Shown: positions 29,923 through 40,326 of the stretch, in pieces
Layout of the letters: each line of letters begins with the position of its first letter
How positions within the stretch are numbered: position 1 is the stretch's first letter
Assembly: GCA_963828735.1 (NCBI GenBank)
Contig: CAWHFW010000005.1
Coordinates: 1,824,001-1,888,000, forward strand
DNA: 64,000 nt
Reading direction: 5' to 3'
Source of the DNA: an uncultured Gemmatimonadales bacterium
Lineage (GTDB): Bacteria; Gemmatimonadota; Gemmatimonadetes; Gemmatimonadales; GWC2-71-9
The notes under the pieces: generated by a model
What the model was told of the DNA's origin: nothing
The model's input: the letters and a program-made list of their open reading frames with translations, nothing else
Database searches by the model: none
Program-made: the position numbers and the translations under genes

Positions 29923-32900
29923 CTATATGTGCTTTGAACCTCCCGACGAGGCCCGGGCGAGCGCATCGCGTACGGTCGCGACCAGGACGTCGAGGTCGGT
30001 GGGCTTCGTGAGGATCGGATGCCCCATATCAGTCTGGGCGGTCTCGAACGTGGAGTCGCTCGGGTGTCCCGACATCCACACCAGCGGCAGGTCGGGATGC
30101 GTCGCGGCAAGCCGCGCGGCGAGCTCCTTCCCACCCATGACCGGCATGACGATGTCCGTCAGCACCAATGCCACTCGATCTCCGTGCTGCTCGAGCAACG
30201 CCAGCGCCTCCTTGCCATGCCCCGCCTGGAGCGTCTCGTATCCTTCGTCGGCCAGGATGCGGGCCAGGAGCTCGCGCACGGAGACTTCGTCCTCCACGAT
30301 CAGCACCGTCGGTGACGGGGAGGCGGCCCCGGCGCCGGCCCTCGTGGAAGCGCTTGCCCCCGCGGGCGCCGTCGCCGCGGGGAGCAGCACCGTGAAGCAG
30401 CTCCCGCGCCCCGTCGCCGTCTCGGCGTAGACGTAGCCCTGGCTCTGTGCGACGATGCCGTGCACCGTCGAGAGGCCGAGTCCGGTGCCCTTGCCGACCT
30501 CCTTGGTCGTGAAGAACGGCTCGAAGATGTGCGCCAGATGGTCGGGCGCGATGCCGCTCCCGGTGTCCGCCACGGCGAGCTCCACGTACCGGCCCGCCGG
30601 GATGGTCGTCCCCAGATTCGGCACTTGCATCGCCTGGGCGACGTCGCGGGTCTCGGTGCGAATCTCCAGCCGCCCGCCCTCGGGCATCGCGTCCCTCGCG
30701 TTGATGCACAGGTTCATCAGCACCTGCTGGATCTGGGTGCGATCGGCGTGCACCCACTTGGCGCCGGGGCCGCGGTCTATCCGGAACTCGACCTGGCTCC
30801 CGATCAGCCGGCGCAGCAGCTCCAGGCCTTCGCCCACGGCTTCGTCCATGTCGAGGAGCTCCGGCTGCAGGATCTGCTGCCGACTGAACGCGAGGAGCTG
30901 GCGTGTCAGGTCGGCGAGCCGGGTCGCCGCCGTCTGCACCTGATCGAGGTCCTGGCGCGCTCGCGGGCCGATCCCGGGATCCAGGGATGCATAGCGCGCG
31001 AAGCCCGTCAGCGCCTGGAGCTGGTTGTTGAAGTCGTGCGCCAGCCCGCCCGCCAGCCGCCCCACCGCTTCCATCTTGGCGGATTGTCGGAGTCGCTCCT
31101 GGGTCTCCGCCATCGCAGCCCGGGCGGATACCTGCGCCGAGATGTCGCGGAACCAGCAGACGACGCCGTAGCGGCCGTCGGGCAGCGGAATCCGGTTGAT
31201 CCACCACTCGTAGTACTCCGTGACGTCGGTATCCAGCCGCTGCTCGATGCGCTCGGGAGTCGCGTACGGCGCGCCGGTCTCGAGGGTGTGGCGGAACAGG
31301 CGGACGACCTCGTCCGCATACGGCGCGCGCCACAAGCGGTGCATCACCTCGTCGAAATCGCGCCCGATGAGGTCGGGGATGCCGCCGAAGGCCGGGCGCG
31401 CGGGCCGATTGACTTCGCGGATTCGGAACGCGTCGTCCACCAGGTACACGCCCAGCGGCGCCTCGGCCACGAGCGTCTCGAACTGGGCCGTGCGCTGGCG
31501 GAGCGCCTCCTCGCTCCCGCGGAGCGACGCGGCGGCGTCCCGGCGGACGCGGGCCAGCTCGAGCGCCGCCCCGACCCGCGCCACCAGCTCGCGCGCGGAG
31601 AACGGCTTCACGATGTAGTCGTCCGCGCCGGCCTCGAGTCCCTCGACGCGCGCCTCCTCGCCGGCACGCGCGGAGAGCAGGATCACGGGCGTTTCCCGCG
31701 TCGCCGGATCCGCGCGCACGGCGCGCAGGAGGCCGAAGCCGTCGAGCCCAGGCATCATCACGTCGGCCAGCACCAGGTCCGGCGTCGTTTCCCGGATCCG
31801 CTCGAGTGCCGCCGCCCCGTCGGGCACCAGCTCGACGCTCCAGCGTCCGCCGAGCAGCCGGGCCGCGTACGCGCGCATGTCGGCGTTGTCATCGGCCACG
31901 AGCACGCGGGCGCTGGGCGTTCCGGAGGGGGTGTCGCGCCGATCCGCGGCCACCACACGGTGCTCGGCCGTGGCGAGCGGAAGCTGGGCCTCTTCGGAGA
32001 CCCGCGGCGCATCGGGCAGCCAGCGCAGCGCCTCCTCGACATACGGCGCGGCCGCGCCCGCCACGGCGCGCGGAGCGTACCCGGCAGTGATGTGCTCCGG
32101 CGGCAGGTGGGCCGTGCCCGCCGGAATCGAGACCGTGAACCTCGAGCCCACATCCTCCTCGCTCGCGACCTCGACCTTGCCGCCATGCAGCCGGACGAGC
32201 TCCTGCACCAATGCCAGCCCGATGCCGGTGCCCTCGTGGGTCCGCGAGCGGGCGTGCGGCACGCGATAGAACCGCTCGAAAAGATGGGGTACCTGCGCGG
32301 CCGGGATGCCGACACCGGTGTCGCGCACCTCGAGGACGAACTTATTGCGCGACCGGCGGACCGAGACGGCGATCTCTCCGGCGAACGTATGCTTGAACGC
32401 GTTGGAGATCAGGTTGAGGACGATCTTCTCCCACATGTCGCGATCCACGTACGCGGGCTCCGCGAGCCGGGCGCAGTCCACCCGGAGCGCGAGGCCGGCG
32501 CGCTCGATTGCCGAACGAAACGTTCCGGCGAGCTCCGCGGTGAACGAGGCGAGGTCCACCGGCGCGTAGGCCGCCTCCACCCTCCCGGCTTCGATCCGCG
32601 AGAAGTCGAGCAGTGTATTGACCAGCTTGAGCAGGCGGAGCGCATTCCGGTGCGCCACCGTGAGGTTCTCGCGCATGTCCGTCGCGGCGTCGGCGCTCCG
32701 CGTGGCCAACGCCTCCTCCAGCGGGCCGAGCAGCAGCGTGAGCGGCGTTCGGAACTCGTGGCTCACGTTGGAGAAGAACGCGGTCTTGGCCCGATCGATT
32801 TCGGTCAGCGCCTCCGCGCGCCGCCGCTCCTCCTCGTAGGCGCCAGCGTTCGCGATCGCCGTGGCCGCCTGCGCGGCGATCAGCTCGGCGAAGACGACGT

Positions 32901-33852
32901 ACGCCTCGTCCAGGGCGATGCGCGCGCTCACCCCGAAGACGAGGAGGCCGGCGAGGCGGTGTGGCACGTTCGACGGGATGGGCAGGACCAGCGCCTGGCG
33001 CGGCGGGTCCGACCACGGTCCCGGCGGGATGTTCGAGAGGCGGGTGGCGAGATCCTCCACGACCTCCAACCGCTCGCCGCGGAAGGCCGCACCGACGGGC
33101 CATCCGCGCCCGCCATCCCCTTCGAGAGACACCTCCAGCGGCGCCGATGCCGCGCCGCGCTCGACGCCCGCGGCACCCGCGAGGCGGGCCGTCGAGGCGT
33201 CCGCCTCGACGAGGTACACCAGTGCAAAGGGGACGTCCTTGGAATGGCGGCTCAGGACCTCGGCGACGACGCCGCACGCTTCCTCCGCGGTCTTCGCCTC
33301 GGCGGAGCGGGCGCCCAGCTCGCCCAGCGCCGCGAGGCGCCGCTCCTGGATGACCTGCTGGGTGGTCTCGTGGATGGTGGCGAGCACGCCGCCGATCCCG
33401 CGCGGCGCGGCTTCGTCGGGCACGGGGCTGTAGGCGATGGTGAAGTGAGTCTCCTCGAGGAACCCGTGCCGGTGTATCTCGAGAAGGATGTCGTCCATCC
33501 AGGTCGCGGGCCCGCCGTTGAAGGGCGTCTCGACCAGCGGACCTATGATGTGCCAGATCTCCGGCCAGCACTCGGGGCCGGCCTGTCCCAGGGCCTTCGG
33601 GTGCTTGGTCCCCGGGACCGGGATGTAGGCATCGTTGTAGAGCTGGATGAGCTCCGGTCCCCACCAGAGGAGGTGGGGGAACCGGTTGGCCAGCATGAGG
33701 CGGACCGTGGCCCGCAGGGTGGGCGACCACCGGTCGATCGGGCCGAGGGGCGTGGCTGACCAGTCCATGGCCCGGATCCGCTGGGCCATCTCACCATCCC
33801 CCAACGAGGGGATGGAGGGGACGACAGGGGAGCCGCTCATGGTGGTCGCCAT
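29923..33852 (-). CDS. Cytoplasmic hybrid histidine kinase: PAS-like/GAF-HisKA-HATPase-REC-PAS-HisKA-HATPase-REC
   Basis: SHEFRTPL and AHDFNNQL H-boxes, two G-box sets, receivers ADVMMP and TDIVMP; no TM segment. Confidence 0.92.
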   Translation of the reverse strand: MATTMSGSPVVPSIPSLGDGEMAQRIRAMDWSATPLGPIDRWSPTLRATVRLMLANRFPHLLWWGPELIQLYNDAYIPVPGTKHPKALGQAGPECWPEIWHIIGPLVETPFNGGPATWMDDILLEIHRHGFLEETHFTIAYSPVPDEAAPRGIGGVLATIHETTQQVIQERRLAALGELGARSAEAKTAEEACGVVAEVLSRHSKDVPFALVYLVEADASTARLAGAAGVERGAASAPLEVSLEGDGGRGWPVGAAFRGERLEVVEDLATRLSNIPPGPWSDPPRQALVLPIPSNVPHRLAGLLVFGVSARIALDEAYVVFAELIAAQAATAIANAGAYEEERRRAEALTEIDRAKTAFFSNVSHEFRTPLTLLLGPLEEALATRSADAATDMRENLTVAHRNALRLLKLVNTLLDFSRIEAGRVEAAYAPVDLASFTAELAGTFRSAIERAGLALRVDCARLAEPAYVDRDMWEKIVLNLISNAFKHTFAGEIAVSVRRSRNKFVLEVRDTGVGIPAAQVPHLFERFYRVPHARSRTHEGTGIGLALVQELVRLHGGKVEVASEEDVGSRFTVSIPAGTAHLPPEHITAGYAPRAVAGAAAPYVEEALRWLPDAPRVSEEAQLPLATAEHRVVAADRRDTPSGTPSARVLVADDNADMRAYAARLLGGRWSVELVPDGAAALERIRETTPDLVLADVMMPGLDGFGLLRAVRADPATRETPVILLSARAGEEARVEGLEAGADDYIVKPFSARELVARVGAALELARVRRDAAASLRGSEEALRQRTAQFETLVAEAPLGVYLVDDAFRIREVNRPARPAFGGIPDLIGRDFDEVMHRLWRAPYADEVVRLFRHTLETGAPYATPERIEQRLDTDVTEYYEWWINRIPLPDGRYGVVCWFRDISAQVSARAAMAETQERLRQSAKMEAVGRLAGGLAHDFNNQLQALTGFARYASLDPGIGPRARQDLDQVQTAATRLADLTRQLLAFSRQQILQPELLDMDEAVGEGLELLRRLIGSQVEFRIDRGPGAKWVHADRTQIQQVLMNLCINARDAMPEGGRLEIRTETRDVAQAMQVPNLGTTIPAGRYVELAVADTGSGIAPDHLAHIFEPFFTTKEVGKGTGLGLSTVHGIVAQSQGYVYAETATGRGSCFTVLLPAATAPAGASASTRAGAGAASPSPTVLIVEDEVSVRELLARILADEGYETLQAGHGKEALALLEQHGDRVALVLTDIVMPVMGGKELAARLAATHPDLPLVWMSGHPSDSTFETAQTDMGHPILTKPTDLDVLVATVRDALARASSGGSKHI

Positions 33853-34073
33853 GTCAGTGTGCCGTTGATGTAGGTCGGGTGCCGCCCATGGGGCGGCGAA
33901 GAGCGGGTGGGTGCCCGACGGCCGGATAGGCACCGACTCATACTTTAGCCTGCCGGAGTCAACTGGCCAGTGATGCGCCGCACACACTGGGGCCCAGGGT
34001 TTTGGCTGGGTGGGGTGTTGGGCGCCGTCGAGGGAAGCGGATTCCGCCTCCGGCGGGCGCCAGCGGTGTCGCG

Positions 34074-34715
34074 CTACGGCCTCACGAACTTGAAATGGGT
34101 CACCAGCGGCGCGCACACGGTCTCCGCGAGCTCCAGTGCCGGGAGGGTGCCGACGCCGTCGAACAGCCGCTCGCCGCCACCCAGGAGGATGGGCGCGAGC
34201 GAGATCACCATCTCGTCCACCAGGCCGGCGCGCAGGTACGCGCGGCTGATGCTCGCGCCACCCGCCAACGCCACGTCCTGGCCCTTCGCCGTCCCGCGCG
34301 CCTGCTCGAGCGCCGCCTCGATGCCGCCGGTGACGAACGTGAACGTCGTGCCACCCTCGAGCGCCAGCGGCGTCCGGGCATAGTGCGTCAGCACGAACAC
34401 CGGGTGATGAAACGGAGGATTGGTTCCCCACCATCCGTTCCAGGGACTCGCCGGATTCCACGGCCCCGGATGCCCGCCGAACATGTTCCGGCCCATGATC
34501 GTGGCCCCGATGCCGGCGAGGAGGTCCTCGAGCACCGCGGTGCTCGCGTTCACCTCGCCGCCCTCGAGTCCGTGCGGCTGCCGCCACGCGGCGAGCTCGA
34601 ACGCCCACTCGTGCAGGGCCTCGCCGCCAATGCCCAGCGGATTCTCGACGCTCTGCTCCGGGGCGGAGGTATAGCCATCGAGGGACATCGCGATTCGGAA
34701 GCGCAACTTCGACAC
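34074..34715 (-). CDS. Dihydrofolate reductase / RibD C-terminal family protein
   Basis: MSLDGY, IMGRNMF, VFVLTH, AGG, GLVDE and GERLF. Confidence 0.9.
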   Translation of the reverse strand: MSKLRFRIAMSLDGYTSAPEQSVENPLGIGGEALHEWAFELAAWRQPHGLEGGEVNASTAVLEDLLAGIGATIMGRNMFGGHPGPWNPASPWNGWWGTNPPFHHPVFVLTHYARTPLALEGGTTFTFVTGGIEAALEQARGTAKGQDVALAGGASISRAYLRAGLVDEMVISLAPILLGGGERLFDGVGTLPALELAETVCAPLVTHFKFVRP

Positions 34716-34858
34716 GCCGGTGCCTCCTGACAGGGCTCGAGGGAAGGTATAAACGGGAGTCGTGGCTGGGGAAACCGGGCTATCCTCTCACAGCTCGGGC
34801 GCGGATGTGGACGTGATGTCGCATGTACTCTGCGGCCCCAATCTGTGGGACTCGAAAA

Positions 34859-35617
34859 TCAGGACGCCCGCGCGCCCGTGCCCTGCTCATCCGGACCCAC
34901 GGCGCCCACGGTTTCCGACAGCGCCTTCTCGTCCGTCAGGTCGAGCCGAAGCGGCGTGAGCGAGATCCAGCCGTGTTCCACCGCCCACCGGTCAGTCCCT
35001 TCGTCCGGCGCTTCGAGCGGCATCGTGGTGATCCAGAAGTGCGGCCGACCGCGGGGATCGTGCCCCGGCACGACCCGGCCATCATAGTGCCGGACGGATT
35101 GGCGGGTCCAGCGGAGCCCGCGAGGCTTCAAGGGAAAATTGACGTTGACCAATGGGCAGCGCTCCTGCGTGATCAGGAGCTCGAGTACCTGCTCGACCCA
35201 CGGGGCGAGCGCGGCGAAATCCGGCTGATCGTCGGCCGTCGGGGTGCTGAGCGCGATCCCGCGAAGGCCCAGGAGCGGAGCCTGCTTGGCCGCCGCGAGC
35301 GTCCCCGAGTGCCAGATCGAATTGCCGAGGTTCGAGCCCAGATTGATGCCTGACAGCACGACGTCCACCCCCTCCCATTCCGCGACACCGACCGTGACGC
35401 AGTCGGCGGGTGTGCCGTTCACCCGGAACGCCTGGTGGTCGCCGATCACAGTGGCCTTGACGGTGAGGGGCCTAGAGTGGGTGATGGCGTGCCCCATCGA
35501 GGACTGCTCGACGTCGGGCGCCACGATCCGTACCTCACCGAACCGGCGTGCCACGTCGGCCAGGGCGCGGAGGCCGGGACTGTAGATGCCGTCGTCGTTG
35601 GCGATCAGGATTTTCAT
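34859..35617 (-). CDS. surE: 5'/3'-nucleotidase SurE
   Basis: ANDDG, QSSMGH, GTPADCV, SGINLGSN and SGT; GAGGAGG RBS. Confidence 0.93.
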   Translation of the reverse strand: MKILIANDDGIYSPGLRALADVARRFGEVRIVAPDVEQSSMGHAITHSRPLTVKATVIGDHQAFRVNGTPADCVTVGVAEWEGVDVVLSGINLGSNLGNSIWHSGTLAAAKQAPLLGLRGIALSTPTADDQPDFAALAPWVEQVLELLITQERCPLVNVNFPLKPRGLRWTRQSVRHYDGRVVPGHDPRGRPHFWITTMPLEAPDEGTDRWAVEHGWISLTPLRLDLTDEKALSETVGAVGPDEQGTGARAS

Positions 35618-35639
35618 CGCACCTCCTCGGTGAAGCGAT

Positions 35640-36500
35640 ATGCGGATCACGCTCGTGCTCAACCCGGACGCCGGCAACGGCGAGACGCCTGCCACGGAGC
35701 TCCGGCGGATCATCGAGGCCGCGGGACACGACGTGCGGGTCCGCCGGGTCCGGAAGTCCAGCACGGCCGACGAGCTCCTCGATCCGGGCGACCTCGTCGC
35801 CGTGGCCGGCGGGGATGGGACGGTGGGCCGGGTGATGAAAGCATTGGCCGGCGGGCCCGTTCCCATGGCCATCCTGCCCACGGGCACCGCCAACAACATC
35901 GCCACGTCGCTCGGGATCCTCGGTGATCCAGGCAAGATCGTGGCGGGGTGGGCCGGTCACGAGGTCCGCCAGGTGGACGTGGGGTCGGCGCGGGGACCAT
36001 GGGGTGTCACGCGGTTCGTGGAATCCGTGGGCGTGGGGCTCCTCGCCCACCTGATGACGCCGGCGGTGTCGGAGAAGCTGGAGGGCGTGGACGACGCGCG
36101 CACCGCGGCCCGTCGCGCGGCCCGCACGCTGCCGGCGCCCGAGCGGCGGGTCGAGCTCGACGGCCGGGACCTCAGCGGCAACTACCTGCTGCTCGAAGCG
36201 ATGAACATCCGCTGCGCCGGCCCCAACCTGTGGTTGGCCGACCAGGCCAGGGCGGGGGACGGGAAGCTCGAGATCGTTCGCGCGCTGGAGCGCGATCGGG
36301 CCGCGGTGGTGGCCTTGGCCGATACCTTCGGGACCTCTCGTCCCACGCTGCCCACGGAGCGCGGCACGCGCCTTCGGGTCTGGTGCGAGGCGGACGAGCT
36401 CCATGTGGACGACGCCCACGGGGCCGAGCTGGGGCAGTGGATGGGGCAGGCGGAGGTGGAGGTGTCGCTCGGCGAGTGGAGGGTTGGTGTGCTGAGGTGA
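35640..36500 (+). CDS. Diacylglycerol kinase family (DAGK_cat) lipid kinase
   Basis: NPDAG, AGGDGTV, PTGTANNIA and HVDD. Confidence 0.85.
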   Translation: MRITLVLNPDAGNGETPATELRRIIEAAGHDVRVRRVRKSSTADELLDPGDLVAVAGGDGTVGRVMKALAGGPVPMAILPTGTANNIATSLGILGDPGKIVAGWAGHEVRQVDVGSARGPWGVTRFVESVGVGLLAHLMTPAVSEKLEGVDDARTAARRAARTLPAPERRVELDGRDLSGNYLLLEAMNIRCAGPNLWLADQARAGDGKLEIVRALERDRAAVVALADTFGTSRPTLPTERGTRLRVWCEADELHVDDAHGAELGQWMGQAEVEVSLGEWRVGVLR

Positions 36501-36528
36501 GGCGGCACGTGAAGGGACCGCTTGGCGC

Positions 36529-37260
36529 TCACGGTGATTTGGCTTCCGCGCGAACGCCGATCGCATGGATCTCGAACGTCACCCGATCCGCGACTTTCAC
36601 CGTGCCGCCGGGGCCACCGCTGTAGGGCTTGATGCCAAAGTCCGTCTGCTTGACGGAAAACGTGGACGTAGCCTCGAGCGTATCCACCCCGATCCGCACG
36701 GCGATATCGATCGGGACCTCGCGCGTCTGGCCCACCAGCGTGAGCGCGCCGACCAGGTGAAAGCCATTCGCCCTCGGCGTGACCTGCCGGGACGCCAGCC
36801 TGATCTCGTGGTATTCCGCCGTTCGCAGGACCTCTTCGCGCATTGCCGCCGTGACCTTGCGGATCTCGGCCGTATCCGGTGGAGTCAGGACTTCGAGGCT
36901 GTCGGCGACCACCGTGATGTCCAGGTGGGAGCTCGAGGGGGTTTTCGGGTAGTAGACGACCTGGCCGTGGAAGGCACGGGCGCGGATGACGTGGCTGTGG
37001 CCGGCGAACCCGAACAGTCCGGACTTTCCCGTCTGGACCTGCAGGCGGCTACCGGGCGCCAGCCGATAGGTGACGGAGTCAGCTTCCTTGACGCGCTCAT
37101 CCACCTGACCGGACAGGTCGGCGCGCTCGGCCTCTGCCGCGGACCGCGCCTCGGAGTCCGATCGGCCGCCCCCGAACGGATCGGGTTGCTGGGCGCGTGA
37201 CGCGGTGACGCAGAGGCTCAGAACGAGCGCGATGACGATCGACCGTGCGTCGTGACGCAT
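36529..37260 (-). CDS. YceI family polyisoprenoid-binding protein
   Basis: Signal peptide, GALTLVGQTREV, QTDFGIKP and KVADRV. Confidence 0.8.
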   Translation of the reverse strand: MRHDARSIVIALVLSLCVTASRAQQPDPFGGGRSDSEARSAAEAERADLSGQVDERVKEADSVTYRLAPGSRLQVQTGKSGLFGFAGHSHVIRARAFHGQVVYYPKTPSSSHLDITVVADSLEVLTPPDTAEIRKVTAAMREEVLRTAEYHEIRLASRQVTPRANGFHLVGALTLVGQTREVPIDIAVRIGVDTLEATSTFSVKQTDFGIKPYSGGPGGTVKVADRVTFEIHAIGVRAEAKSP

Positions 37261-37353
37261 CGGTTCACTCCTCGGACCATGGTGCCCCTGGAAACATACG
37301 GCACGGAGGGCTCGTGAATCCAGCGACTCCAGTTCGGGGTGGTGTCTCTGACC

Positions 37354-38946
37354 TCACGCGCTGCCGCCGGCCGCCGCGTGCAGCGTCCACCACTCCCGCG
37401 CCCGTGACTCGCTCCAGGGCTCGGGCACTTCCGCTTCCTCCAGCCTCCGCGCCAACTCGCGCGCGGTCTGCGGCCGATCCGCCGGATCCTTCGCCAGGCA
37501 CGCGAGCACGATCCGCTCGAGCGTCGGTGGAATCGGTCGCCCGCTGCGGATCGACGGCGGGACCGGCTCCGTACTCACGTGATGCATCAGGATCGCCATC
37601 GGCGTATCGCCCGTGAACACGTACTCGCCCGTCAGCAGCCAGTACGCCACGCAGCCGGTGGCGTAGATGTCCGCCCGCCCGTCCACCCGCACGCCGCCCA
37701 ACGCCTGCTCCGGTGCGATGAAGGCGGGCGTTCCCTGAACGAGGTTCTCCGCCGTAAGGTCCGGCGCCGGCGTCGCGCCGCCGTCGAGGCCTTTCACCAA
37801 CCCGAAGTCCAACACCTTGACGAAGTCGTGATCCTCGCCATACCGGCAGAGGAAGATGTTGGCTGGCTTGATGTCGCGATGCACGAGCCCGCAGGACTCG
37901 GCTTCACTCAGCGAATGGCACACTTGCCGCAGGACGAATACGGCGCGCTCGCTCGGCAGCGGGCCGTGCCTCCGCACCAGCGCGTCGGCGTCGAGGCCGT
38001 CCAGGAGCTCCATCACGAAGTAGAACGCGCCGTCGGTGGCTACACCGTAGTCGAACAGCTCTACCGTGTGAGGCGAGCGGAGACGCGCGATGGCCTGCGC
38101 CTCCTGCTCGAAGCGGCGCTGCTGCTCCTCCGACGCGGCGCCGCCGCCGACCGGCCGGCGGATGAGCTTGATGGCCGCGGGGCGCGCCAGCATCCGATGC
38201 CGGGCGCGCCAGACCTCGCCCATCCCACCCTGGCCCAGCCGCTCCTCCAGCCGGTAGCTCCCCATCTCGCGCGCCGCCGCCACCTGTCGGCCGAGACCGT
38301 AGATGACGCGTGCCCCGATGTAGGCGAACCCGACGCCCAGGGCGGGGGCGAGCACGGACTGGAAGTATGCATCGAGGCTCGCGGTGACCTTGCCCCAGCG
38401 CTCGAGCAGCAGGAGCGCGAGCGGCGACATGGCCGCCGCGACGATGGCGGCGGCGAGCATCCGCCGGGGCGGGCCCGGCATGATGAGGGGGAACAGCACG
38501 ATGACGGTTGGCACCCAGGTGAGCGGCGGGATGACGCCGTGGTCGATGTACCACTCCCACATGGTGGTGAACGCGATCGTGAAGCACACCACGACCTCGT
38601 AGATCAGCATCAGGCTGAGCAGCCGGGAGGGAGACCCATCGCGCCGACGGGCGGTCCGCCAGATGACCCCGGACGCCACCGCGACCGCCGCGTCCGCCAG
38701 GACGAATCCCGCCCTGTCGTAGAACTCCGGCGGCGGCTGGTCGCCCAGGAGCACACCCACGAGCCAGCTGAGCGCGAAGAGGACGGGCCCGACGGAGAAG
38801 GCGCAGACGAGGAGGAGCGAGAGCAGGCGCACGCGCCCGCGGACCTGGTCCAGGAGGTCCTGTGGCAGTGCTGAGATCCTGGAGGAGCCGACCGAAGGCG
38901 CTTGAGGCCCCAGGAGCGTGACGTGCTGGTCCGTGCGATTCATCAC
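37354..38946 (-). CDS. Ser/Thr protein kinase with N-terminal multi-TM domain
   Basis: GQGGMGEV, AIK, HRDIKPAN, DFG and APE; several TM helices precede the kinase. Confidence 0.92.
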   Translation of the reverse strand: MMNRTDQHVTLLGPQAPSVGSSRISALPQDLLDQVRGRVRLLSLLLVCAFSVGPVLFALSWLVGVLLGDQPPPEFYDRAGFVLADAAVAVASGVIWRTARRRDGSPSRLLSLMLIYEVVVCFTIAFTTMWEWYIDHGVIPPLTWVPTVIVLFPLIMPGPPRRMLAAAIVAAAMSPLALLLLERWGKVTASLDAYFQSVLAPALGVGFAYIGARVIYGLGRQVAAAREMGSYRLEERLGQGGMGEVWRARHRMLARPAAIKLIRRPVGGGAASEEQQRRFEQEAQAIARLRSPHTVELFDYGVATDGAFYFVMELLDGLDADALVRRHGPLPSERAVFVLRQVCHSLSEAESCGLVHRDIKPANIFLCRYGEDHDFVKVLDFGLVKGLDGGATPAPDLTAENLVQGTPAFIAPEQALGGVRVDGRADIYATGCVAYWLLTGEYVFTGDTPMAILMHHVSTEPVPPSIRSGRPIPPTLERIVLACLAKDPADRPQTARELARRLEEAEVPEPWSESRAREWWTLHAAAGGSA

Positions 38947-39200
38947 CTATCCATGCGAGACGCGAGCGTCGTGGAGCTCGCGTGCCGACTCCGCAGCGCT
39001 GGAGGGACTGTTCCCACTGTGGGTGATAGTGCCCCCTCGGGGGTACACAGCGCCAGTCCACACAGCGGCGCGGACCCCGCGAACTCTCGATACCGCGGGC
39101 TCACCGCTGTGACCGGGGAACTGCCTACGTCACGGCGGCCGGACCATATGGTCGAGGCTCACGCAGTCTGACAGCGGCAGCGCTTTTCGAGACCCAGGCC

Positions 39201-39227
39201 TGTCACAAACCGACCGCCTTCCGTGTC
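39201..39227 (+). promoter_or_regulatory. ECF41-type promoter (autoregulatory) TGTCACA-N16-TGTC
   Basis: Matches the ECF41 consensus TGTCACA-N16-CGTC; ends 12 nt before the sigma ATG. Confidence 0.75.
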
Positions 39228-39239
39228 ATCTTCAGACGG

Positions 39240-40106
39240 ATGGAAACGCGCGAATCGGTGTTCGCCTCGACGAGGCCGATGCTCTTCGCCATAGCCTACC
39301 GGATGCTCGGTAGCGTGATGGATGCCGAAGACCTGGTCCAGGACGCCTGGCTCCGCTGGCAGGAGGCGCCCGAGGTCGAGGTGCGCTCGCCGCGCGCGTA
39401 TCTGACAACCATCGTCACGCGGCTCGCCATCAACCGGCTGCGGGCGGCCCGCACGAAGCGGGAAACGTACGTCGGACCCTGGCTTCCGGAGCCGCTGGTG
39501 ACCCAAGACACTCCCGATGCTGTGGAGCTGGCGGAGTCGCTCTCGATGGCGTTCCTGGTTCTCCTCGAGCGGCTGTCGCCGATCGAGCGTGCGGTGTTCC
39601 TGCTGCACGAGGTGTTCGACTTCGAGTACGCCGAGATCGCGCGGGTGGTGGACAAGACCGAGGCCAACTGCCGGCAGCTCCTCGCGCGGGCGAAGCAGCG
39701 GGTGGGCGCGGCGCGCACCCGCTTCGAGGCCGATCCGGACCAGGCCCGGCGGCTGACCGAGCGCTTCACGGAAGCCTCGGTCGCCGGTGATCTGGACGGC
39801 CTGCTGACGGTGCTGGCGGAAGACATCACCCTGTGGGCGGACGGCGGGGGCAAGGCCAAGGGCGCGGCACTCAAGCCAGTGCACGGCGCGACACCTGTGG
39901 CCCGATTCATCCTCGGCATCATGCGGAATGTGGTTCCGGTGGGAACCGCCTTCCACGCCGCGCGGATCAACGGACAGCCGGGCTTCATCGCCTACCTGAG
40001 CGGCCGGCCGCTGTCCGCGCTCATCTTCGACATCCATGACGGGCGCATTCACACGATCTACGCCGTCGGCAACCCCGACAAACTGCAGGCCCTCCCGGCG
40101 TCCTAG
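39240..40106 (+). CDS. sigJ: ECF41/SigJ RNA polymerase sigma factor with SnoaL-like C-terminal extension
   Basis: AYRMLGS, YVGPWLPEP, ADGGGK, INGQPG and NPDKL signatures. Confidence 0.92.
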   Translation: METRESVFASTRPMLFAIAYRMLGSVMDAEDLVQDAWLRWQEAPEVEVRSPRAYLTTIVTRLAINRLRAARTKRETYVGPWLPEPLVTQDTPDAVELAESLSMAFLVLLERLSPIERAVFLLHEVFDFEYAEIARVVDKTEANCRQLLARAKQRVGAARTRFEADPDQARRLTERFTEASVAGDLDGLLTVLAEDITLWADGGGKAKGAALKPVHGATPVARFILGIMRNVVPVGTAFHAARINGQPGFIAYLSGRPLSALIFDIHDGRIHTIYAVGNPDKLQALPAS

Positions 40107-40114
40107 CTCCCCGC

Positions 40115-40141
40115 TGTCACAAACCGGCCGTCCACGTTGTC
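40115..40141 (+). promoter_or_regulatory. Second ECF41-type promoter TGTCACA-N16-TGTC, upstream of the oxidoreductase
   Basis: Shares TGTCACAAACCG and identical spacing with the site at 39201. Confidence 0.75.
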
Positions 40142-40171
40142 ATGATCGTGGTGATGCTTCGCAGCCACGAG

Positions 40172-40234
40172 GCGTCCCGAGCGAGGCGAAGGAGCCATGC
40201 GCAGGGCACGCCCCTTCGCTTCGCTGAGAATGAC
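40172..40234. repeat. REP-like palindromic element (degenerate GTCATxCTxAGCGAAGCGAAGG type)
   Basis: Arms GAGCGAGGCGAAGG and CCTTCGCTTCGCTGAGAATGAC form an imperfect hairpin; the reverse frame reads VILSEAK. Confidence 0.6.
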
Positions 40235-40326
40235 TTCGCAAGGAGGGAAAGCCAGTGTCGGTGGACTCTTATCTCGCTCGTTCCGCACATCCCTCACCAT
40301 TCGCCGATCGTGGCGGGGTGCGAACG

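Noticed and set aside
30460..33759. 1099-aa plus-strand ORF and many other long antisense ORFs (e.g. 16294-18807, 56840-59089, 60143-62074)
   Set aside because: Shadow ORFs opposite well-supported genes; stop codons are scarce in GC-rich DNA and the translations show no motifs.
33853..34608. N-terminal extension of the 1561-aa kinase ORF; similar extensions on zwf, gnd, surE, LysR and the kinase at 54281
   Set aside because: They overlap other real genes and read as low-complexity sequence; starts were reassigned to downstream codons.
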